This document shows positions 25,057 through 36,533 of a stretch of 64,000 bases of DNA, one piece after another; position 1 is the stretch's first letter; the number at the start of each line of letters is the position of its first letter. Both the position numbers and the translations under genes were made by a program. The stretch lies in the NCBI GenBank assembly GCA_002104905.1, contig MCFE01000411.1, positions 1 to 64,000 of the forward strand, written 5' to 3'. Origin of the DNA: Basidiobolus meristosporus CBS 931.73. Its lineage: Eukaryota; Fungi; Basidiobolomycota. Under the pieces are notes generated by a model. That model did not search any database and was not told the origin of the DNA. It worked only from the letters and a program-made list of their open reading frames with translations.

Positions 25057-27497
25057 ATCCTGACAAATGGCAGACTTGAGATCAAATTTTTGTCATCATC
25101 TGATGTCATTTTTGGCAAAAATTTTGAATTTTCATCCAACAACACATCCATGGACTTGACCAGCTTCTTTGCTTTGGTATTGTAGAGTCCAAACATTCTT
25201 AGATATTCTGCACTTGGTCTGTATCTATACCATGCTTCAAATGGAATAGAATCACAAAGTATTCTGCTATAACTCCTATCTTTAAGGTATATAGCTGAGG
25301 TAACTGATTCCACCCAAAAATCATAGGATAATTTTTGATTATGGTTCATAAATCTTGCCATATCAATTGTTGATCTGTTTGCATGTTCTGCAACTACATT
25401 TTGCTGTGGGGAGTAAGGTACAGTAGTCTCTTGTTTTATCCCATGAATCTTGCAGAAGTGGATGAAGAGTTTTGAGGTATATTCTCCACCGTTGTCAGAG
25501 CGTATTTTCTTGATTTTTTAACCAGTTTCTCTCTCCACCATGGCTTCAAACTCCCTGAGCTTAGACAGAGCTTCTTTCTTTCTCTCCATGAGGTCAACCC
25601 ATGTGTATCTTGTGTAATCTTCAATAAAAGTGACTAAATATTTCATCCCACCTAAGAATAAATTTTGCGTAGGTCCACACAGATATGAGCGAATTAGATC
25701 TAATTTTTTCTTAGTTTTGTTTAGCCCAGAGCTCTTGAACAGTTGTCTGGCTTGCTTCCCATATATGCAGGCTTCACAGTGCTCCAAACTAGCTGGGGGA
25801 TCAGTTTTTACTCCGGAAATTAACTGATCTCTGATCATTTTGAGCAAATAATCAAAATTGATGTACCTAAGTTTCCTGTGCCAAGGCATTGGTGTTTCTT
25901 CATTTAAGTTAGTTATATTGGCTTCAAGAAATGATGGAATATAAGCTAACCTATACACATTCTGCTCTCTGATATGTAAAGCAAAATGAGCACCATTTTG
26001 ATCAGTGAACCTGCATGCAGAATTGTCAAAGCTGAAACTGTGTCCTTCTGCAGTGGCCTTGGTTACAGATAGTAGGTTTGTAGCTATTTCTTGTACATTA
26101 AGTACTTCTTTAAAAGGCAGTGTATGGCTTCTGTCATTGCTTCTAAGGTTTACTTGGATAGTTCCTTCTCTCACTGCATCAAGTGTTCTATTGTCACCCA
26201 TGAAAACCCTCTTAATTGGGATTTCTTGGTATTGGGTAAAAAGTTTGATTTGGTTTGTAAAGTGTTGAGATGCTCCAGAGTCAATATATCATGTCTGAGA
26301 TTCCTTTTCTGTAGTTGTATTTAGCACAGATATGAATACTCTATCTTCAGTTGTTGCAATGTTTCCATATTCTGGCTTCTTTTGCTGATTATCACTCTTT
26401 TCAAGAAACTGGTCTTAAGTGTGTCCTTCCCTTATGCAGTCATTGCAAAGCAGGTTTCTGTTGCCTTTGTAGGATCTTAGGTACCTCCTTTGTTGGTCAT
26501 TGCTGCTTATTAAAGCCTTTTGCACTTCCTTATAGGGGCTTGATTTTGTGAATTCTTCATCCTGGAGCTTTTCATATACATAATTTAAGGTCAAATCTTC
26601 AGTTCTGGACTCTAGGGCTGATACAAGGCCCTGAAACATGTCTATCGGGCTATTCAGGATGGTAACTATCACATCCTCATCAGTAGCTGGTACACCCACA
26701 GATCTTATCTCATCCACCAGCAAGGTATTTCTGTTAAATAAATTTTTCATTTCTTCTCCTGGCTGCATCCTTGTAGTAAAGAGTTTTGTCTCAGATACAG
26801 TTTCTTAGCAGCTGAAGATGACTGGTAGGTGTCTTTCAATGCCTTCCAGGCATTCTTTGCTGTTTTTGCTCTTGAGCATTGAATTATCAATTTGTCTTTG
26901 ACATTAAGGCAAATGCAGTTAAAGGCACTTTGTACTTTCTTCTGGTACTTCAAGGAATCCTCTCCCAAATTTTTCAGAGGGCATTCTTTTACAATGACAA
27001 TATCCTAAAGACCTCTTTCTTGCAGCAGCATCTTCATCTTCACCTTCCACACTTGGTACTTAAGTCCATCCAACTTTTCAGCAGAGGGAAAATTCCAGTA
27101 ATGGCAGTGGTAGACATTGCTGATAATGACAGCCTGGGGCTCATAGCATGTTGTAAGAGTCTTGGAGTTATTGGAAGTGACTGGAAGGACAAGTAGATTA
27201 TGTGGCTTTCACTTAATAGTTTATTATATGTAAAAGTGATATGCATATTTTTACATAGTCTTGTCATAAAAAATACAAAAAATAGGTTAAGAAAGATTCC
27301 AAGAACATGTGTGCAAAGTTTGGGGCTGTTTGGACAACCTTGAGAATTTTCATGTTCTGGGTACGTGGTATTTTGGTGAAAATATTCTAAGTAAATCCTG
27401 ACAAGGAATTTGGTCAGTATTCCCTAGGATTTGAAGGTAATGATCTAAGTGACTAAATTAGATGAATAATAAGGTGGAATTACAAATTTTCATAACA
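25051..27497 (-). mobile_element. Copia copy 2, 5' half (LTR, gag, protease, integrase), fused to CACTA ORF2
   Basis: LTR 27149-27497, degenerate PBS, gag/PR/IN ORF remnants (25518..26201, 26415..26768); sequence switches family at GACTCA 25051-25056. Confidence 0.9.
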
Positions 27498-27733
27498 GCA
27501 ACAGGCTCTTGAAAAGGTCATGGGCTTTTATCACTGCCAGCTCTAACTGCTCCTTTGACTGAGCACTCTTTGTATTGAGCTACCTTTTTTTCTTAATAAA
27601 TTATGCACTGCTGCATCTGTTTCTGCCTACTTGTCCCTTACTTTCACTGTTCTGGCTACCTGATGTCTCTGTGCCACTCTTCTGGAGCTTTCAGCCCTAC
27701 TTATAACAAGCTGTTGATGAAGCCACCTATTTT

Positions 27734-30700
27734 TGTTGTAAAAGTTAGTAGCTCTATCTAAGTACTCACTTAAGCTAGTCACTTAGAGCATTACCTACAA
27801 ATCTTGTAGAGAACTGACTAAATTCCTTGTTGGGACCAACTTTAAGAATTTTCATGATTTGTGTATCTGGCATTTTAGTGAAAATTTTCTAAGTTGTGCA
27901 AACAGTCCCAAGCTTTGCACACATGCTCCTGAGGCCTTCCTTAGCCTATTCAATATGGTTGTTAGGCCTAGACTATGTAAAAGTATAAACACTACTTTTC
28001 ATTCAATATATATTATTAAGTGAAAATCAAATAATCATCTTATTCTCCCAATCGCTTCCAATATTTCCAAGACTCTTACAACAGGTTATGAGCCCCAAGC
28101 TGTCACTCTCTGCAATGTCTACCAGTGGTATTACTGGAATATTTCCCCCTGTAGAAAAGTTGGATGGATCTAACTACCATGTGTTGAAGGTGAAGATGAA
28201 GATGCCGCTAGAAGAAAGAGGCCTTCGGGATATTGTCATTGGAGAAGAATGTCCTCATAAAAGTATGGGGGAGGAAGCTTTAAAGTACCACAAGAAAAAG
28301 CAAAGTGCCTTTAACTGCATTTGCCTTAGTGTCAATAACAAATTGCTAATTCAATGCTCAAGAGCAAAAACAGCAAAGAATGCCTGTAAGGCATTAAAAG
28401 ACACCTACCAATCATGTTCAGCTGCTAAGAAATGTATCTTGGACAAAATTTTTCTACTGCAAAGATGCTGCCAGGAGAAGAAATGAGAAATTTATTTTAC
28501 AGATTACCCTTCTGGTGGATGAGATGGAAGCTGTGGGCATACCAGCTATTGAGGAGGAAGTAATAGTTACCATCCTGAATAGCCAGACAGACATGTTTCA
28601 GGGCCTTGTATCCGCCTTGGAGTCCAGAACTGAAGATTTGACCTTAAGTTACATATATGGAAGAGTCCTTGATGAAAAATTCAGAAAATCTGTTGTAAGA
28701 GTCTTGGAGATATTGGAAGTGATTTGGAGAACAAGTAGATTATGTGGTTTTCACTTAATGATTTATTGAATGCAAAGTAGTATTTATACTTTTACCAGGT
28801 CTTGGCATTACAAACACGTAGAATAGGTTAAGGAAGGTCCCAAGAACATGTGTGCAAAGTTTGGGGCTGTTTGGACAACTTTGAGAATTTTCATGTTCTG
28901 GGTACCTGGTATTTTGGTGAAAATATTCTAAGTAAATCCCAACAAGGAATTTGGTCAGTATTCTCTAGGATTTGAAGGTGATGATCCAAGTGACTAAGTT
29001 AGGTGAATATTTAGGTGGAAATACAAGTTTTTACAACACTCCCACTCAGCTAAATGTTCATACTGACTAGTCCTAATTTTGACCTAAGATATTCAAACTT
29101 GTCTCTAGCTAATGGTTTGGTAAATATGTCTGCAATCAATTCATCTGTATGACAGTAAACTAAGCTAACTAAGTTATTCTCTATAGCTTCTTGTATGAAA
29201 TGATGTCTAATATCTATGTGCTTGGTTCTAGCATGAAAAGTTGGATTTCTACCTAATTGTATACATCCTTGATTATCTTGAAATAAAGTAATAGGCGTTT
29301 TTCAACATAGGCCTAAATCTGTAAAGAGCTTTCTTAACCACATTGCTTCTTTTGTAGCTTCACTGGCTGCTATATACTCTGCCTCTGTAGTGGAAAGTGC
29401 TACGGTTGGTTGCTTTCTTGAATTCCATGAAATGGCTCCTTTACAGTAAAGAAAGGTGTATCCTGTGCTGGATCTTCTGTCTTCTAAATTTCGTCCCCAA
29501 TCAGCACCAGAGTATCCTACAAGATCCTGTTCTGAATCCTTATTAGTGTATCTTAAGCAGATATCAGCAGTTCCTTTTAGGTATCTAAAAATCTGCTTAA
29601 CTGCTGCAATATGATCAGATCCATAATTCTGATTATGTTGGCTGACAACTCCCACTGAATATGAGATATCTGGACGTGTTCCAAGCATTATATACATCAG
29701 ACTGCCGACCATAGATTGATAAGGAAAGTCAGGGCTTTCAGATGGCACCAAGCTCTCTTGATTTGGTTGAGTTTTGACCAAGTTAAGGTTTGTCTCCATT
29801 GGGGTAGCTGCTGGTTTACAGTCTTCCATTTTGTACTTCTTTAGTATATCTTAAATATACTTGGATTGGCTTAGGGTAATAGTCTGGGTACTTCTGTCTA
29901 TGGAGAACTTAATCCCTAAGTAGTAACTAAGTTCTCCTAAATCAGACATCTTGAACTCCTTAGATAGGCTGGATTTAGTCTCTTCCAATGTTTCTAGGTT
30001 ATTGGCGGCTATAATAAGATCATCCACATATAGAGCTAATAGAACTGGATTTGCTCTATCTGGCTTATAATATATACTATAGTCAGCATTACTTCTTTTG
30101 AAACTCAAGGATTCCAAATAAGAATCTATCTTGCAATTCCAGGCTCTTGGTGATTGTTTGAGACCATATAGTGACTTTTTAAGCTTGCAGACCAAATGGG
30201 CGTTATCTTGGTCAACAAACCCATCAGGCTGGTCCATATACACGTCCTCATCAAGTTCTCCATTCAAAAATGCAGTTTTTACATCCATTTGATGAATAAA
30301 AAACTTATATTTGGCTGCAATAGCCAATATTAATCTGATGGAATTAAACTTGGCTACCGGTGCAAAGGTCTCAGTATAGTCAAGTCCTTTTGTTTGAGAG
30401 TATCCTTTGGCCACAAGTCTTGCTTTGTATCTTTCAATTGTACCATCAGCCTTGTATTTTGTCTTGAAGACCCATCTGCATCCAATTGATTTTCGGTTGA
30501 TTGGTAATTTGACTAAGTCCCAAGTTCAATTATCCATCAGTGCCTGATATTCCTCAGACATTGCAGATCTCCAAAACTTTGTCTGAGGGCTATTAAGGGC
30601 CTCTTTTACAGTCTGGGGTTCATCAATATGGACTGAATAGGCATAGGCTAAGTTTGTACCCTCATTGATATAGTAATTTGGGCTATTTCTTGTCCGATTG

Positions 30701-33652
30701 GATCTCCGGGCATTTGATACTGGAATGATCACTTCTGGGATATTCCTGGGCACTGATTCTGGCTGAACCACGGTTATAGAGTCCTCTGGAGTGAAGAAAT
30801 TTTCATTGTTTTGCTCTGATTCAATCCTGACAATTGGTGGACTTGAGATCAAATTTTCGTCATCATCTGATGTCATTTTTTGTGAAAATTTTAAATTTTC
30901 ATCAAACAACACATCCCTGGACTTGATCAGCTTCTTTGCCTCTGTATTGTAGAGTCTGTATGCCTTACTCTCATTGCAGTAGCCCATAAATATGCATTTC
31001 TCACTTTTTGGCTCAAATTTTCACTGATTTTGGCCGGTTTTTTGGCATATGCTGTACACCCAAATATTCTTAGATGTTCTGCACTTGGTCTGTATCCATA
31101 CCATGCCTCAAATGGAGTAGAATCACGAAGTATTCTGTTATAACTCTTATTTTCAAGGTATACAGCACTGGCAACTGATTCCGCCCAAAAATCATAGGAT
31201 AATTTTTGATCATAGATCTTGCCATATCAATTATTGATCTGTTAGCTTGTTTTGCTACTCCATTTTGCTGTGGGGAGTATGGTACAGTAATCTCTTGCTT
31301 TATCCCATGCATTTTGCAGAAGTGGATGAAGAGTTTTGAGGTATATTCTCCACCATTGTCAGAGCATATTTTCTTGATTTTTTCACCAGTTTCTCTCTCC
31401 ACCATGGCTTTAAACTCCCGGAGCTTAGACAGAGCTTCTTCCTTTCTCTCCATGAAGTAGACCCATGTGTATCTTGTATAATCTTCAATAAAAGTGATTA
31501 AATACTTCATCCCGCCTAAGGATAAATTTTGCATAGGTCCACACAGATCTGAGTGAATTAGATCTAATTTTTTCTTAGTTTTGATTAGCCCAGAGCTCTT
31601 GAACGGTTGTCTGGCTTGTTTCCCATATATGCAGGCTTTTCAGTGCTCCAAATTAGCTGGGGGATCAATTTTCACTCCAGAAATTAGCTGATCTTTGGTC
31701 ATTTTGCGCAAATAATCAAAATTGATGTGTCCAAATCTCCTGTGCCAAAGCATTGGTGTTTCTTCATTTAAGTTACTTAAATTGGCTTCCAGATATGATG
31801 GAATATAAGTCAACTTGTATAGATTCTGATCTCTGATGCCCAAAGCAATATGGGCACCATTTTGATCAGTGATCCTGCATCCAGAATTGTCAAAACTGAA
31901 ACCGAGTCCTTCTGCTGTGGCCTTGCTTACAGAGAGTAGGTTCTTGGCTATTTCTGGCACATAGAGTACTTTTTTAAAGGTCATTGTATGGCTGCCTTCA
32001 CTGCTTCTAAGGTTTACTTGGATAGTTCCTTCTCCCACTGCATCAAGTGTTCTATTGTCACATATGAAAACCTTCTTAATTGGAATTTCTTGATATTTGG
32101 TAAGAAGTTCTTTTTGGTTTGTAAAGTGTTGAGAAGCTCCAGAGTCAATATACCACGTCTGAGAATCCTTGTTTGTGGTCATATTTAGTGCAGATATGAA
32201 TAGTCTATCTTCAGTTGTTACAGTATTTCCATATTCAGGCTTCTTTTGCTGTTAATCTCTCTTTTTGAAACACCGGTCTGATGTGTGTCCTTTCCTCTTG
32301 CAGTAGTTGCAAAATAGGTTGCTGTTGCCTTTGTAGGGTCTTGGGTACCTCCTTAGTTGGTTATCATTGCTTATTAATGCATTTTCTTCTTCCTTCTTAT
32401 TGGTACTTGATTTTCTTAATTCTTCATCCAGGAGCCTTCCATGTACGTAATTTAAGGTCATATCTTCAGTTCTGGACTCTAGGGCTGATACAAGGCCCTG
32501 AAACTTGTCTTTCAGGCTATTCAGGATGGTAACTATCACCTCCTCATCAGTAGTTGGTACACCCACAGATTCCATCTCATCTACCAGCAGGGTAATTCTG
32601 TTAATTAGATTTTTCATTTCTTCTCCTGGCAGCATCTTTGTAGTAAAGAATTTTTGTCTCAGATACATTTTCTTGGCAGCTGAACATGACTGGTAGGTGT
32701 ATTCCAATGCTTTCCAGGCATTTTTTGCCTTTTTGCTCTTGAGCATTGAATTAGCAATTTGTCCTTGACATTAAGGCAAATGCAGTTAAAGGCACTTTGT
32801 TCTTTCTTCTGGTACTTTAAGGCTTCCTCTCCCACATTTTTAGGAGGGCATTCTTCTCCCATGACAATATCCCAACGGCCTCTTTCTTGTAGCAGCATCT
32901 TCATCTCACCTTCCACACTTGGTAGTTAGATCCATCCAACTTTTCAGCAGAGGGAAAAATTCCAGTAATAGCAGTAGTAGACATTGCAGAGAGTGACAGC
33001 TCGGGGCTCATAACCTGTTGTAAGAGTCTTGGAGATATCGGAAGTGATTTGGAGAACAAGTAGATTATGTGGTTTTCACTTAATGATTTATTGAATGCAA
33101 AGTAGTATTTATACTTTTACCAGGTCTTGGCATTACAAACACGTAGAATAGGTTAAGGAAGGTCCCAAGAACATGTGTGCAAAGTTTGGGGCTGTTTGGA
33201 CAACTTTGAGAATTTTCATGTTCTGGGTACCTGGTATTTAGGTGAAAATATTCTAAGTAAATCCCAACAAGGAATTTGGTCAGTATTCTCTAGGATTTGA
33301 AGGTGATGATCCAAGTGACTAAGTTAGGTGAATATTTAGGTGGAAATACAAATTTTTACACCAAAATCAAGCGTCAATAAGAAGGAAGAAGAAAATGCTT
33401 TAATAAGCAATGATAACTAATAAAGAGATACCCTTGACCTTTTAAAGGCAATTGCAACCTGTTTTGCAACTACTGCAAATGAAATGGACACACATCTCAC
33501 CAGGGCCTGAAAAAGAGAGATAGCCAGCAGAGAAGCCAGAATATAGAAATGCTGAAACAACTGATGATAAACTATTCATATCTGCACTAAATATAACCAC
33601 AAAAAATGATTCTCAGATGTGGTAACTTGACTCTGGGGCATCTCAACACTTT
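27734..33652 (+). mobile_element. Copia copy 3 (host): 5' LTR 27734-28083, PBS, gag split by copy 4, truncated at 33652
   Basis: PBS GGTTATGAGCCC 28084-28095; gag reads ..EKFRK|SSVNKKEEENAL across the insertion. Confidence 0.9.
28691..33363 (-). mobile_element. Copia copy 4, full length (4673 bp), youngest LTR pair, gag-pol disrupted
   Basis: LTRs 28691-29038 and 33016-33363 (348 bp, 4 differences by hand), TSD AAATC/AAATC, all domains present including WHRRFGHINF and LYVDDL; frameshifts near 32915 and 32770 and stops. Confidence 0.96.
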
Positions 33653-33938
33653 CCCTATGAGAAGTTATTGTGATGGTCCCATCAAAAGGCCTTCACAATT
33701 TCAAAGTCAGGTGACTAAGAGGTACTGGTCCCATCATGACACCATGTAGAGGCCATTAAAAATAATTGCACCCCAGATTTCACAAAAACTTGGCCCAAAT
33801 TTTTCATTTCAACAATATTTTAGTAGGTTTTGATTGGTTCCCTGCCAATTTGTTCACTTTCTGATCCTGGACATTCAATCACCTCCTATGTTTGTGTACA
33901 GTGAGTGGTTATTGTCTCTTTTTCATACTTGTTACTTC

Positions 33939-34755
33939 TGTTGTAAGAGTCTTGGAGATATTGGAGTAATTGGGAGGACATGTAGATAATGTGGTTTTTA
34001 CTTCATGATTTATTGAATGTAAAAGTAGTATTTATACTTTTACATGGTCTTGGCATTAAAAACACATAGAATAGGTTTAGGAAGGTCCCAGGAACATGTG
34101 CGCAAAGTTTGGAGCTGTTTGGACAACTTTTAGAATTTTCATGTTCTGGGTACCTGATATATTGGTGAAAATATTCTAAGTAAATCCTGACAAGGAATTT
34201 AGTCAGTATTCCCTAGGATTTGAAGGTAACAATCCAAGCAACTAAGTCAAGTGAATATATAGGTGGAATTACAAATTTTTACAACACTCCCACTCAGCTA
34301 GATGTTCATACTGGCTAGTACTAATTTTGACCTAAGATATTCAAACTTGTCTCTAGCTAATGGTTTGGTAAATGTGACTGCAATCATTTCATCTGAAGGA
34401 CAGTATACTAAGATAGCTAAGTTACTCTCTATAGCTTCACATATGAAATGATGTCTAATTTCTATGTGCTCAGCTTTAGCATGAAAAGTTGGATTTCTAC
34501 CTAATTGTATGCATCCTTGATTATCTTGAAATAAAGTAATAGGTGTTTTTAGACATAGGCCTAAATCTGTAAAAAGCTTTCTTAACCACATTGCTTCTTT
34601 GATAGCTTCACAGGCTGCCATATACTCTGCCTCTGTGGTAGAAAGTGTTATGGTTGGTTGTCTTCTTGAATTCCATGAAATTACTCCTTTACAGTAAAGA
34701 AAGGTGTATCCTGTGGTGGATCTTCTGTCTTCCAAATATTGTCCCCAATCAGCAT
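33939..34755 (-). mobile_element. Copia copy 5, 3' fragment (RNase H, PPT, 3' LTR 33939-34286)
   Basis: RRSTTGYTFLYCKG..STTEAEY (ORF 34298..34735); fused upstream to CACTA ORF2. Confidence 0.9.
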
Positions 34756-36330
34756 CTGAGCTCTTGACATTGTAGCCTTGTCTGTCAGTGGGACCTCAAC
34801 TATGTCAACAATGGAGGATGCAGAGGCTGTGGTAGACAAATTGCCTTTCTCTGCAAACTCATCTACCTTGGTGGAGTGTAGCTCAACAGCCTGAGCTTCC
34901 AACTCTGGTGGAAATAGCTGTTTTCTTGCTGGTAATTCTTCTTGGCCATGATGAGATTCAGCCTGTTCCAGGATTACAGCATTCATTGGCAATAGCTGCA
35001 GTTTTTTTTGTATGCTTCCCTGTCTCAGGCTTGAGTAGACACTTTTCCCTTTACCTTCTCCTTTATCACTGCCAGGTCTTTCACTTCTACTTTTTCTGAG
35101 TGCTTCTTGTAAGGAATTATATTTTCTCTTTGCTAAATTCTGCTCAAACGCAGCTGTTTTGTCCTACTTGTCCCTTGCTGGCACTGTCCTTGCAACTTGA
35201 CATTTCTTTACCACTTGTTTTGAGCCCTCAGCTGTAGTTGTAATAGGCTCATGAGAAAGCCACTTGTCCCTTAATGGCACTCTTCCAGCTACCTGGCATC
35301 TCCTTGATGCTTGCTTGGAGCTTTTGGCCCTGCTTGTATAAGGCTCTTGAGGAAGCTGCTGGTTTTTAGCCATAGCACCCTTGTACTGCTGCCTTTGATA
35401 GTTTCTGCTAATCTTGAGATACTTTGTTAGCATACCAATACTGGCCCAAAATCTGTTTGCTTACTTGAATCCAGGATAATGCTCATGGAGCAAGTCAGCA
35501 GCTTTCTGCTGGGCCTTGAGTTCCTTATGATCCCATGGTATACTGGCCTTACGGTGTTGGCATGCTAGACTTCTAATGGCCTCTTGGATATTTGCCACCT
35601 CTTCATCACTGCAATCAACAGCTTCACATATGTTCAATGTCTTTTGATTTATAGGCTTTGGTATAAACACTACATTTTCTCCCTGCTATGTTGTGATAGA
35701 TTTTCTATAGGCTTTATGTTTGAGCAGTGTTGTTGTGCTTGAAAGACTGTACAGTGGTTGTCTGCTATTACAGTGCAAAATGGCACAATTCTTGGCTGTA
35801 GCATTGAGCTACTTGAGTTCCTTCTTTGCAGCAAAGATACTGCTTTCTCTACCTGGGATATAGATTGATCTATACCTTTTATCCACTCATCCTGTTTCTG
35901 AACTCTTTCTTGACTTCTCTGGGCCATTGCATCTATCCTATTAGCTACAGTGCCTGATTACCTCTTTAATGCTTTGGCATGAGCTGACAACAGACTTGCT
36001 AATATGAGTGGTGGCAATGTTATGACAGCCACTTAATGGTCTGCAACTGAAGGTACTGCTGTTGCTACATTCTCATCTGCCTCAGTACTGTGGCCAGCTT
36101 GCAGCTCTGCAGAGATTTTCAATTGACTGAGAGCCTGCAGTGTCTGCATTATTACAATCAATGGACACACTGTCCACAGGGCCTTCTTTGGTTGTAGCCC
36201 CACTTGTTGCACTGAATCTCAAAGCAAGCTTTTGTCTAACTGTTCTTCTGCTCCTATCAGTAGTGAGGTTTGGTTGGGAACCCAACAACTTTGTCTTATT
36301 TTTGGCCACATATATACAGAAGTGAGTCAA
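34755..36330 (-). pseudogene. CACTA-associated ORF2 of unknown function (decayed)
   Basis: ORF pieces 36082..36330, 35670..35927, 35461..35670 and 35164..35433 match pieces at 54124..54660 and 53763..54137 (e.g. QDEWIKG..QSISQVEKAVS, DLLHEHYP.FK). Confidence 0.65.
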
Positions 36331-36533
36331 ACTAAAGGAGAGATGGTGTTACATAAACATGTGTAAGTGGTGCCACAACATTATTTATGATGCTTACTAT
36401 GACAGGTCATTGTTAAATCTTACATTTATGTAGGTGCAATGACTTAAATAGAAGAATGCCTTGGATTCACCTGAGTATTGACAAAAAAATGATCTAAAAG
36501 TGTTATGTTGCTGAGTGTCAAACTGTTTGCCAT

